A DNA stretch of 63,425 nt, the filler included, from Chiloscyllium plagiosum (Eukaryota), in NCBI RefSeq assembly GCF_004010195.1. It is 5 parts of 2 records of this genome, joined end to end, with 100 filler letters (N's around TTAATTAATTAA, not from the genome) between each part and the next. Parts side by side here need not be neighbours in the genome. Positions count along the whole stretch, not along the records: positions 36,091 to 45,651 come from NC_057712.1; positions 45,752 to 62,097 come from NC_057712.1; 3 more parts are not named here. The stretch is one strand, 5' to 3'. Shown piece after piece: positions 40,519 through 52,559 of the stretch. The translations under genes and the position numbers were made by a program. The number at the start of each line of letters is the position of its first letter. The first letter of the stretch is position 1. The notes below the pieces were generated by a model, which saw only the letters and a program-made list of their open reading frames with translations, was not told where the DNA came from and ran no database searches.

Positions 40519-40689
40519 CTGATTTCTCTCCACAGAGGCTGACAGACATGCTTGATGTTTTCTAGCAATTTCTGTTTCTATTTTTGATTCAATTAGCCTT
40601 CCTGATTACCTGCTGCACCTGTGCACCAGCTTTCTCTCTTCCACCTCTGCAATCAGGCAGAAGATACAAATATTTGAAAATATGTGCCA

Positions 40690-41237
40690 ATGTTGAAAAA
40701 TGTGGTGCTGGAAAAACACAGCAGGCCAGGCAGCATCCGAGGAGCAGGAGAATCGACGTTTCGGGCATAAGCCCTTCTTCAGGAATGAGGCTGGTGTGCC
40801 AAGCGGGCTGAGATAAAAGGGAATTTGGGGGAGGGGCACTGGGAATACGATAAGTGGAAGGAAGTGAGGGTGAGGGTGATAGGCCGGAGAGGGGGTGGGG
40901 GTGGAGAGGTTGGGAAGAAGATTGCAGGTCAAGAGGGCGGTGCTGAATCCGGGGGTTGGGACTGAGATAAGGTGGGGGGAGGGGAAATGAGGAAGCTGGA
41001 GAAATCTACATTCATCCCGTGTGGTTGAAGGGTTCCGAGGCGGAAGATGAGGTGCTCTTCCTCCAGGGGTCGTGTGGCCAGGGTCTGGCGATGGAGGAGG
41101 CCAAGGACCTGCATGTCATTGGCGGAGTGGGAGGGGGAGCTAAAGTGTTCAGCCATGGGGCAGTTGAGTTGGTTGGTGCGGGTGTCCCAGAGGTGTTCCC
41201 TGAAACGTTCCGCAAGTAGGTGGCTTGTCTCCCCATT
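40690..41237 (-). mobile_element. Penelope-like element 3' fragment inserted in a Rex1/Babar-like LINE end
   Basis: AEHFSSPSHSANDMQVLGL...EEEHLIFRLGTLQPHGMNVDF; flanks resemble the Rex1 C-terminus (SGRRYKYL...FKNSIFP). Confidence 0.85.
40751..40786 (-). ncRNA. Minimal hammerhead motif, intact core
   Basis: Reverse complement ATTC-CTGAAGA-A-GGGC-TTAT-GCCC-GAAA-CG-TC-GATT, at the 3' end of a PLE fragment. Confidence 0.72.
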
Positions 41238-43989
41238 TTAAGAACAGCAAAGGTCCTTTGCAGGTCTTTTTAAGAACAGTAACGATCCTTCAAGAACAGT
41301 ATCTTTCCCATTTTTATCAGATTTATAGAGTCATAGAGATGTACATCACGTAAACAGACTCTTTGGTCCAACTAGTCCATGCAGACCAGATATCCTAAAC
41401 TAATTTAGTCCCATTACCATGCTCCGAGGAAAACACCCAATGCTCTGACTAACAAAGGAAAGCATTCTAAACGCCTTCTTCACCATCGTTATGAAGGGAG
41501 TTAATGTTTCTCTGCACCTTCTCTGTAGCTGTAACACTATATTCCGCATTCTCTTGTATTACCCTGACATTCTTATGTAAGGTATAATTTGTCTGAATAG
41601 CATGCAAAACAAGACTTTTCAGTGTATCGCGGTACATGTGACAATAATAAATCAAATAGAATCAAATCAAACTTTACGCAAGTACCCCTAAATCCCTTTG
41701 CTTTGCAGCTTTCTGTAGCTTTTCTCAAATTAAATAATAATCTGCTCTTTTGTTCTCCTTTCCAAAATGAACAGCTTCACATTTTCCTATATTATACTCC
41801 ATTTTCAAATCTTATGCTTACTTAACCCATCAATATCTCCCAGTATATCCCTCCCACAACTCTCACACATATAATTGTGTCATTGGCAAATTTCTTCAAA
41901 TCATTAATATATATTGTAAACAGCTGCAGTCCCAACATTGGTCCCTGTTCTTCTGGGCAAAGTGTATCACCTCATAATACTTTGTGCTGAACCTCATCTG
42001 TCACCTATCTGCCCACTTCACCAACTTGTTTATGTCCTATTGGACTTCCACACTGTGCTACCCACATTTAACAATTTTTCCAAGTTTAGAGTCTTCTGAA
42101 AACTTTGAAATTGTGCCATGCAGACCAAGATCTAGAGCGTTAGTATTTATCAGGTAAGGCAAAGGTCCAAATACTGACCCCTTGGGAAAGTGAGGACTGG
42201 AGATGCTGGAGATCAGAGTCAAAACGTGTGGTGCTGGAAAAGCACAGCTGGTCAGGCAGCATCTGAGGAGCAGGAGAGCCAATGTTTCAAGCATAAGATC
42301 TTCATCATTTCTTTTGACCCCTGGGGAACTCCACTACAAACCTTCTTCCAGCCTGAAAAATATCCACTGCTCATTATCTCTGTTTCCTATTGCTCAGCCA
42401 ATTTTGTCCCTTTTATTACCATGATCTTTAGCTTTCCTCACAAGTCTGTTATGTAGCATTGTATCAAACATCTTCTAGAAATCTGTACAGTAATCAACAG
42501 CATTACCCTTTTCATGTCTACCTGTTACCTATGCAAAAACCTCCAGCAAGTTAATTAAACATGATTTCTCCTTTCGAAATTCAAGCTGATTCTTCCTAAT
42601 CAATCTATTTTTTTCCACGCAATTACTAATTGTATTCTGAGTATTTGTTTCTAGAAGCTTCTCCATCTGCTCCACCAGGGGATTCCCATCACCCAGCACC
42701 CAAAGCTGGGAGCTCATTTAGGACAATAAAACTCTGTGACAAGCGTGATTTTGTCTACTTCAGATATTTAGGTATTATCTTCCAGTTTCCAATTTATTAA
42801 CGGTATACAGAATATTACTGGTGAAACTACCACTTATCACTCATTCAAAATGCCCTTGGAAACATGGGAGTGAGCCACTTCAACGAGACCATTTATTGAG
42901 CTATTTAAGAGGGACATTAAAGTTAATCTAACAATTAACCACAGTCCACAAGGACCTTCTCCAGTAATGATTGTAATGAAGTCAAACAAGTGGACCTCAT
43001 ACAATGAGTTCCCTGACTTGGGCTGTTAATCTGGCCCAATCAGGTAGTTCTGGATGACAAATAAAAAGAGGAGTATGTTTGTCACTGGCCACCCGGGTGT
43101 TTTCCTGTCTTCCTGGTGGTGGAAATTGAATAAAGATTCGTGCACTTTGTGTCTTTCACTGTGTCTCACACCTGCACACACACACCATGGGTGCTGGGGG
43201 ATAAAATAAGCACTACTGCACTTAGGTGGTAGTAGAAAGGAAAAAAATAAATAAATAAACACGATTGTTCCCCCTCACTGTTTTGATCACACAGCACTGC
43301 CCTTTTGATGTGAAGGGCAGTGTTTGTCACTGGCCACCCGGGTGTTAAAGAAAAATAAGAGAAAAAAAAGAGATAGAGAAAAAAAAATTTAAAAAAAATA
43401 AAAAGAGGAGTACTCTGTTTGTTGATAAATTGACTCTGTCTTGTTGCATTTATCATTTGAAGTTTGTCCTATTTCCCTGCGAACTAGTTGAACAGTAAGG
43501 TTTGAGGTCTGGCTTTGCTGCTCCGCTCCCTTGTAAATTGCTGTTCCTCTGTATACAGCTGTTAATGTTAATTGTTTTGTAAACTGTACAGTTTAATAAA
43601 ATTAAAAAGGGTATCAGACATCCTGTTAACTCTGAGAGTTGGACCAGTGTCAGGGAATTGCTGTGTGTAAGTAAAGGGTGATGTGGTGATGGGATACTGG
43701 CCTCTGTGGGGTTATTTGAATGGTGAGGAGAGTAAAACATGTTCCTGAGAAAACTCATTGCAACAGGTATTTTTGAGATAAGGTAAGTATTTCTGGCATC
43801 ATGCCATTATTTGGGATGTTTGACATGTTTGATCCTGCTATTGAAGCTGGGTCAGTATGTGGAAATAATTTGTTTTTTTTTCCCCAGGCAAATTACATTA
43901 GGGCAGATGAAAATCAAGGGATGGAGTGGTGGATTGTTACAGAAAGTCCATACACTATAACCTGGTCTCCAACTTGGCACCTTTTGTAT

Positions 43990-44678
43990 TACCATTCCCT
44001 CTGTGACTCCCTTGTTAGGTGCATGCTCTCTCACCAACCCACCCTCCACTCCCAGCACCTTCCCTTGCCACCACAAGAGGTGTAAAACCTGCAGCCACAC
44101 CTCCCCCCCCCGCACCTTACCTCCATCCAAGGCTTCAAAGGATCCTTCCACGCCCGACAGAGATTTTCCTGCACCTCCACATGTCATCTACTGTGTCTGT
44201 TGCTCTCGATGTGGTCTCCTCTATATTGGGGAGACAGGATGCCAACTTGTGGAACGTTTCAGAGAAAATCTCTGGGACACATGCACTAAACAACCTCACT
44301 GTCCCATGGCTGAACATTTCAACTTCCCCCTCCCACTCCACCAAGGACATGCAAGTCCTGGGCCTCCTCCATTGCCAAACCTTAATCACCTGATGCTTGG
44401 GGGAAAAACACCTTATCTTCTGCCTTGGATCCCTCCAGATGGGATCAATGTCGATTTCACTAGTTTCCTCATCTCCTCTCCCCCTACCTTATCTCGGATC
44501 CAACACGGCACCGCCCTCTTGAACTGTCGTACCTGTCCATCTTCCTTCCCACCTATCTGCTCCACCCTCTCCTCCGACCTATCGCTATTCTGATGAAGTT
44601 TATGCTCGAAATGTCGACTCTCCTACTTCTCAGATGATGCCTGACTGACTGCTTTTCCAGCACCACACGTTTTGACAC
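43990..44678 (+). mobile_element. Penelope-like element 3' fragment (GIY-YIG) inside the Gypsy
   Basis: KRCKTC...VIYCVCCSRCGLLYIGETG; decayed hammerhead near 44587-44622. Confidence 0.88.
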
Positions 44679-44777
44679 TGAGCAGAGAAGTCATATTGCA
44701 GCTGTACAGGATATCGGTTAGGATACTTTTGGAATACTGTGTTCAATCCTGGTCTCTCCGCTAGAGTAAAGATGTTA

Positions 44778-47700
44778 TTTTTTTATAACATATTTTTATT
44801 AAGAAAAATAGATTTTTAAATATTACAACAAATACAAACAATGCAATTCAAAACAGTACAAAAATAGTACAAAACTAAACCCAAATAATAAAAAAATTCC
44901 CCAACCCACCCTCCTAAACGAATGTATAAACATATATAGAGAAGTATAAATTAAAAAAAAACCTAAACTAGCTATTTAACTAACTAAATAAATACCTATC
45001 AACAAACAAATAAATAGTAATAACTCAGCCCAGCCAAACACAGTTCCTCCTCCCTGCATATTGGACTCATGAAACACAATTGTTACGGCTATATAAAAGC
45101 CCTTGTTAGTGTGGTAGATAAATCTGGGTCCAGGTATTTCAAAAAGGGTTGCCATGTCTTGTAAAAATTCTCAGTTTATGGTGTACCATATTTGTAAGAA
45201 AATCCAGGGGAATATGCTCCATAACAATCTTCCGCCAACCCGACAGGCCTGGGGGGTTTTCTGATATCCCACCTAGCAAGATATTCTTCCTTGCACAGAA
45301 TGTAAGAATATTGAAAAGCTTTGCCTTATGCGAGTCTGCAGGAAATACAATGGGTTGGCCCAAAAGGAGCGAAATAGGATCCTTCTCCACCCCTACACCT
45401 AAAATCCTCTCCACTGCACCCACCACAGCGCTCCAATATGTTTGAAGCCTGTCACAAGACCAAAGACAATGGGTAAGAGTACCCGTACAGACCTTGCACT
45501 TGGGGCATGCTGAAGATACCCCTGGTTTAAATTTTGACAAACGGTCTGGGGCTAAGTGGACCCTGTGGAGAACCTTCAACTGTAAAGCATGGGTCCTATT
45601 GCAAATTGATATCTTCCTTACATTCTCCCAAATATCCTCCCATGTCTCTGANNNNNNNNNNNNNNNNNNNNNNNNNNNNNNNNNNNNNNNNNNNNTTAAT
45701 TAATTAANNNNNNNNNNNNNNNNNNNNNNNNNNNNNNNNNNNNNNNNNNNNCCAAACGCGTGAATGCATTGTATCAGGCAAGGCACTGAGACTGCTGGAT
45801 TTGTCAAGAAAATTAGAACGTCATCTGCATACAGCGAGATCTTATGTAATTTTGACCCCACTCCTGGAGCTGATATATTGAGATCCCAACGAATGGCCTC
45901 TGCCAACGCTTCAATCACCAACGTAAAAAGTAATGGTGAAAGGGGACAGCCCTGCCGGCTGCCCCTAAAAATATTAAAATTGCTTGATCGTACCCCGTTG
46001 GTAATGACCGCAGCGAGAGGCACACTGTAGAGAACCTTTACCCATCTTATGAAAACTTCGCCCAGACCAAACCGCTCTCGAGTATAGAAAAGGTACGGCC
46101 ATTCAATTCGGTCAAATGCCTTCTCTGCATCTAAAGAAATCACCAATCCCTGTATTGACTGCTGTTGGCATGCTTGAATTACGTTAAGCAGCCTCCTAAC
46201 GTTATTGGAGGATCTGCGACCCTTTATGAAGCCCGTCTGATCCTCTTTAATAATAGAGGGTAACACAGTCTCCAGCCTTAACGCAAGAGCCTTAGAGAGG
46301 ATCTTAAAGTCCATATTTAACAGCGAGATGGGCCTGTATGAAGCACAGTCTTCCGGATCCTTCCCTTTTTTAAGGATAAATGAAATATTGGCCTCTCTGA
46401 GATGGTGGGAGACAAACATGACTGTATGAATAATTAAACATATTCAGCATCGGGCCTGACAGTATACTTATAAATTTCTTATAGAATTCACTGGGAAGTC
46501 CATCAGGACCGGGCGCCTTTCCATTCTGAAGCTGCCTCACAGCTTCCTGCACTTCTTGCTCTGATAGTGGGACATTGAGAAAGGACTGTTGTTCGGGAGT
46601 CATACCCGGGAGCTTCAGTTCTTTAAAAAAGGATTCCATTTTGGCCTGCCCCTCCTCACAATTCTCAGACTGATATAACTTAGAGTAGAATCTCTGGAAC
46701 GCCACATTAATCTTTTTAGAATCACATTAGGTTCCCAGACCCTTCTCTAATCGCTGTAATGGTTTGTGGGGCACTCCTCTTTCTGGCAAGGTATGCTAAG
46801 TATTTGCCTGGCTTGTCACCATGCTCATATAACCTTTGCTTTGCAAAAGCCAGCTCCTTTGCCATCTGCGTGAGCACGGAATTTAGTGCAGACCACAGTG
46901 CCGTAATCCTCTGTAGTTTGACCAACGAGGGTCTGTCAAAATAGGCCTTCTCGGCTGCCTTCAACCGTGCTTCAAGGAGACGTTGTTGCTCACCCTTTTG
47001 GCGCTTCCTACTTGTGGAATATGAAATAACCAACCCTCTGGCATAAGCTTTGGCAGTTTCCCAGAGAACAGATGAGCTATCAACCGAGCCTACGCTGATG
47101 TCTAGGAATGCCTGAAATTCCCTAGAGAAATACTCCACAAACTTGCTGTCCATGTGAATAGAGGGGTCCATTCGCCAGTACCTTGAATCCACTGTAACAT
47201 CCTTAATTTTAACCATGAGGTACACTGATCAGAGATGGCAATATTACCAATCGTACAGGATGCCACCAGATCCAGGGTTACCGCAGGGGTCAGAAAAAAA
47301 TCAATCCTCATGTGACATCTGTGCGGATTGGAGAAAAACGTGAAATCCCTACCTGTAGGGTGGAGACACCTCCAGATGTCCACCAATCCTAATTCCCCAC
47401 ACAACCCAATAACTATTTAGTTTGTGCAGAGGGTATCGAGGGACCTTTAGGCAACCTGTCTACTGTGGGGTCCATGAGGCAGTTAAAATCTCCCCCTATA
47501 ATGATGTGCTGAGACTTGAGACTTATCAGTTCAGAAAAAGCATCTACCAAGAATTTAAGAGGATGAGCTGGGGGACAATAAACATTTAAAATGCCATATT
47601 CTTCCCCATTTATCAAGGCTTTAAGAATTACAAACCTCCTGTATGTGTCTTTAACACATTCTAACAATTTAAATGAGAGATTTTTCCTTATCAATATAGC

Positions 47701-47867
47701 CACTCCCCTACTTCTGGTATTAAATGATGAAAAATAAACTCGATCAAAGCCATTCTGCTGTAATTTCAGATGCTCCTTGTCATCCAAATGTGTCTCCTGT
47801 AACAAATAAATATCCACCTTCTCCTTTCTAAGACTCAAGAGTATCTTCTTCCTCTTAATTGGTGAGT
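44778..47867 (-). mobile_element. L1-clade LINE, 5'-truncated ORF2 plus 3' UTR and poly(A)
   Basis: Endonuclease (LLQETHL, GGDFN), RT (YRPISLLN, LDAEKAFD, RQGCPLSPLLF, LYADD), C-terminal CPKC...H...C; AATAAA and A-tail on - near 44778-44801; few frameshifts. Confidence 0.95.
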
Positions 47868-47877
47868 GTTATGTATC

Positions 47878-47911
47878 GTCCTGATGAAGGGCTTTTGCCC
47901 GAAATGTCGAT
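47878..47911 (+). ncRNA. Minimal hammerhead motif
   Basis: GTC-CTGATGA-A-GGGC-TTTT-GCCC-GAAA-TG-TC-GAT. Confidence 0.6.
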
Positions 47912-48086
47912 TTTCCTGCTCCTCGGATGCTGCCTGACCTGCTGTGCTTTTCCAGCACCACACTCTCAACTGTTATGTCTGGTCTTCAGGTGTGGATGCA
48001 GACACAGATGCGTTGGTTGGGCATCCCCAGAGTGTCAACAAGGACAAAAATTACTGCCAGTAGCTACCCCATATTTGCAGGAATAG

Positions 48087-48313
48087 GGAGGAAGTGAGGA
48101 TTGCAGTTGCTGGAGATCAGAAACAAAATGTGTGGTGCTGGAAAAGCACAGCCAGTCAGGCAGCATCTAAGGAGCAGGAGAATCGACGTTTTGAGCATAA
48201 GCTCTTCACCAGGAATTTCTGATGAAAAGCTTATGCTCTAAACATTGACTCTCCTGATCCTCGGATGCTGCTTGATCAGCTGTGCTTTTCCAGCATCATA
48301 CTTTTTGACATCA
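48087..48313. mobile_element. Fold-back mini-element of inverted PLE ends in the Gypsy integrase, 10-bp TSD
   Basis: TSD GCAGGAATAG at 48077-48086 and 48314-48323; two decayed hammerhead cores back to back at the centre. Confidence 0.85.
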
Positions 48314-49689
48314 GCAGGAATAGCCAGGTAAACCCTGGTCTTGGTTACATGTTGAGTATGAGCTCAATGTACTTAGTCATTGTCGAGGCCAACTCAAAGT
48401 AATTGAAAATGCATATAGTTCATTCATCAAACACAGGGACACCAATAGAAAAGCTACAGGCATCTTTTGCAATACACCGACTCCTGGAAGAGTTGGTTAC
48501 AAATAATGGGCCATTGTTTACCAGCAGGGAATTTGAGTATATCCTAAAGTCAAAAGGGATTCAACATATCAGGACAGCTCCATACCACCTATCATCTAAT
48601 GGCCTGGCAGGAAGAGCAGTCCAAAGTTTGAAGGCAGGCTTGAAGGAACAGCCTTTAGCTTCACCAGATACCAGACTGTCCCAGTTCCTATTTGATTACT
48701 GGACCACCCCTCATGCAACTACAGGAATAGTTCCAGCAGAATTACTAATGGGGAGAAGATTCTATACCAGGCTAAATCTAATTTTTCTGGATCTAGGGGA
48801 GAGTTAAGTGGCATCAGGGATGCCAGTGCCGGACACCAGACTCAGCCAAGCGAGAAAGACCTTTTATATCGGGTATGAATTTTGGCGTAGGAACCACAGG
48901 AATAGCCCTGCATGGGTGAGAGATTTGATCGATGCAAAGTCAGGTCCAGTGACATGTAAAGTTCATGTAGGAGTGACCGTCCTGAACATGTACCATATGA
49001 AAGCTAAGAACCCTCAAACTCTGCAGGACCAAATGTGTCCTGCTCCTCAGAACAGTCAGAACCTGTGGGTTCTCCCTCTGTCAAGTGTTGAAAAGATCTT
49101 GCCGCTGAAAAGAGACAGTGAATTTCTCCCATATCTGATACAGAACCAGAGGAACCTGACCCATTGCTAAAACACCTCAGGAAGTGATACAAAAAAAAAC
49201 AACCTCTGTCCTCGGACTCAGAAGTAAAGTGATGTAATATTTGTAATAAGGTTGGCCAGGTGGACCTCATAGAATATGAGTTCTCTGATTTGGCCTGTTA
49301 AGCTTGGTCCAATCTGGGACCCCTGGCTGATTGATAAAAACAGCAGTGTAAAAAGAAGAAAAAAGAATAATTAGGAGTGTCAGGGGTTCCGCTAAAAACA
49401 AAGAGCTGTGTCTCCCCTTCACTGTTTGATGAGAAGGGCACTGCTTGTCACTGGCCACTCGGGTGTTTCCTTTCTTCCCGGTGGTGGAATATCAATAAAG
49501 ATTTACACACTTGTTGTTCTTCACTGTGTCCGACACCGACACACACACGACATGGGTGCCAGGGAAAAATAAGATAAAAAAACAAGACTTTGAGAGCTAG
49601 CTCTATATAAAAAAAAAGCATTCAGACATCCTTTCACTCTTAGAGTTGACTCTGAGGGAGCTGGACCAGTGTCAAGGACTCTCCATTTA

Positions 49690-51430
49690 TGTCAGGGGAC
49701 TGACTCTGAGCTCACTGCCTTCATCCAGTGTGTACTGCTGCTGTTGGTTACTGTTTTTTGGGGGAAAGCTGATTTCTGAACTACACTGCCAGTTTGTTAA
49801 CTGGTATTCCTTCTTTGTTGAGGAGTGATTTCTAAACTGCCTGACCTTCACAGTCAATGTGTTTCAGGTGTAACTCAGTTCTCATTAGGGAAATGTTGTC
49901 TCACTGGCTGGTTACAGCCTGTGTGTTTCTCTTTTACTTTGGAAAATGATTATGTTGCTTTTGTGGAAGGGCTTAGCCCTTACATTCTGTTTTCCTTGGC
50001 GTTTTTGCATGTATCTTCACTTTTTTTGGTGTTGGACTGAGCCCCTGTAAGATACTGCATCTTTCCAAATGAACTGTTCCTCTGTGGGTGACTAGGCCTC
50101 TGTAAAGACTGAATACCTTTGTGTGTGCTGGGAGGCGAGCATTTGTTGCATCCTAGATTGGACTTTGCCTATGGGAATGGACCAAACCCCTGTAAGTTAA
50201 CTGCACCTTTACTATGAACTGTGTTCCTGTGAGTGGGTCCAGTCCTCTGAGGATGGACTAGGCCTCTATGGAGACTGAACATCTGTGTGTGTGCTGTGGG
50301 GTGTGTACTTGCTGCCTTCAGGACTGGACTCTGCCTTCGGTTGTGGACTCTGCTTTTGGCAATGGACTGTGCATACTGGAGTGGACTCTGTTTCTGACAA
50401 TGCAGTTTGTATACTGGAGTGGACTCTGTATGCTGAAGAGAATTGTTTATAGTAATGGACTCTGTGTATCAGAAGGGACTCTGTTTGTTGGGAACTGACT
50501 CTGTCTTGTTGGGGTTATCATTTTGAACTGTGTTGTGTGTCCCTGGGTCTGACAAGCCTCACTGTGAACTGGGAGGCACATAGGTCGTCCTGAAAGCTGT
50601 CACCCTGACAGCCAGTAGACGGGTAGGCCGTTCTGAGCGCTGTTGTCCCAAGAAGGGGTAATCAGGACGGGCTGGCCAGAAGGAGTATTGGTAGCCGGAT
50701 GGCGCGTAGGGGCAGGCTGAGATCCGGAAGGCTTGTGGGCTACCCTGTTTGCTGTCGTCCCGGGAGGTGGGGGGGAGGAGGGGGGGTGGTGCGTGATGTT
50801 CTAGCCATTGCTCAGAAGTCTGTCAGGGCAGTCCATAGGCCAGATGGAGCATCAGGGTGGGTGAGAGCCAAGTGATATATAAGGGCAGACCAAGAGCCAG
50901 AAGGCTGGTAGGCCGTCCTCAACGCTGTCACCCTGGAAGGTATCTAGGTGTCCTAGAGGGTGCCAGAAGGGCGGTTAGGGAAGCCTGAAGGTGGATAGGT
51001 GTTCTGATCGCTATTGTCTTAGGGAGTGGGGAAACAGGACGGGCTGTCCTAGAGGTGGCCAGCAGGTATGTCAGGGTGGACCGAGAGCCAGAAGGGACCT
51101 GGGGCAGGCTACCTTTGAGTGGCAGAAGGTGGGAGGGACAGGTTGGTTGCTGGGTTGCCAGGGGTGTCTGTGTTATATGCACTGTTTTATTGTTTGGTTT
51201 ATCGGACTGTCTGTATGTGATTGCGTTTACTATTCTTTCTTTGATAATGTAAGGTGGGATTCGAGGTTACCTTGTTTCCCTGTGAACTGGTTGTACAGTG
51301 GAGTTTGGGGTCTGGCTTTGCCACTCCATTCCCCTGTAAATTGCTGTTTCTTGTGTACAGCTATTCATGTTAACTGTTTGTTTGTAACTTGTACTATTTC
51401 ATAAAATTTAAGAAACAAACAAAAAATAAA
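49690..51430 (+). mobile_element. Non-coding insert with an A-rich end in the 3' LTR (probable non-LTR retroelement 3' UTR) with GGACT sub-repeats
   Basis: A-rich terminus; internal roughly 150-bp duplication (50033-50335); matches the shorter insert at 43412-43606. Confidence 0.55.
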
Positions 51431-52559
51431 AAGAGCAGCTTGAGACATCCTGTTCACTCTTAGAGTTGGCTCTGAGGGAGATGGACCAGTGTCAAGGACT
51501 TTCCACATGTAAATGGAAGGTGACTTGGTGACAGGATACGCCCAGCCTCTATAGTTATTTCATCTCCATTCCAGAAAGGCACTAGTCATATATGGCTTAA
51601 GAGGCACCAATCTGCAATTAGGCAGCAAATCAACAGAATGGGTCTTTATAAATTTTAACAACCAGTACAGGGATTAAACATTCACAGTTCGCATCATTCT
51701 GCCTCACACTCTAACCATCTAGTCAACTATGCTGAGTGACTGACAGCCTCTGTACTGTGGGTCTGTAGTCACCATAAAAGGTGACAGATTTCTTTCCCTG
51801 AGGGATATTTATGAACCCAAGAGGGTTTTATAATAATTTAATCATTCTATAGTCATCACTACTGAGATGAGTTTTTTAATAAAATTCTAGATTGATTAAT
51901 TCAGAGGACTAAAATTTCCAAGCTGCTCTGGGGAGATTTGAACTCTTGCATCCAGATGGTTAGAACAAGCCTCTGGCTCACTAATCCAATAACAAAATCA
52001 GTGAGCTGCCTTCCTTAGAAGCACAAACAAAAGCAGACATTTACTCCAAATATAAAGGCATAATTTGTAAGGAAGCTGAAATCAAGTCCAGTCAGAAGAA
52101 ACTGAAGTTCCAATTTGCATTTCACTAACAGCAGAACATGCCTTGCTTGGTAAGCAAAGTCGTTTTGATGAAAAGCACAGAAATTTCCATGTTGCTGCAT
52201 ATTTAGCCCTCCAGTTATTGTTTCCTCACTTTATTTGTCTGTCTTGTCATCAGATATCTGTTTCTTTCACTTTTCTTTTGAGCTATCCAATGTTATATAT
52301 CGAAGGCACAAATGTTACAATTCAAATAACCTTCCAATGCCAATGGAAATGTGAAAGGCATCAGATTCAAATCTGCTGCTTTATTTGACCACAAAAAAAT
52401 CTACTCACTTCAAACAAATATGACTGTCTATTGTCAAAACCTGAAAGGCAAAAACCAGCTAGTTTCATTTGGAAATATCACCATGACCATGTGAACATTA
52501 ATTTCTTTACACTCAAAAACAGCCAGCTTTTAAATTTTGTAAATTAATTACACAATTTA

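Larger units (their letters stand above)
42972..51562 (+). mobile_element. Decayed Ty3/Gypsy LTR retrotransposon with many nested insertions
   Basis: Two similar LTRs (42972 to about 43719; 49242-51562; TGTAAT...TTATTT(C)A); TGG primer-binding-like start at 43721; gag-like MPLFG.FD.FDPAIE at 43801; integrase remnants 47975-48807 (NGPLFTS.EF, APYH.SSNGLA.RAV, TPHATTG.VPAELLMGR). No TSD seen. Confidence 0.8.
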
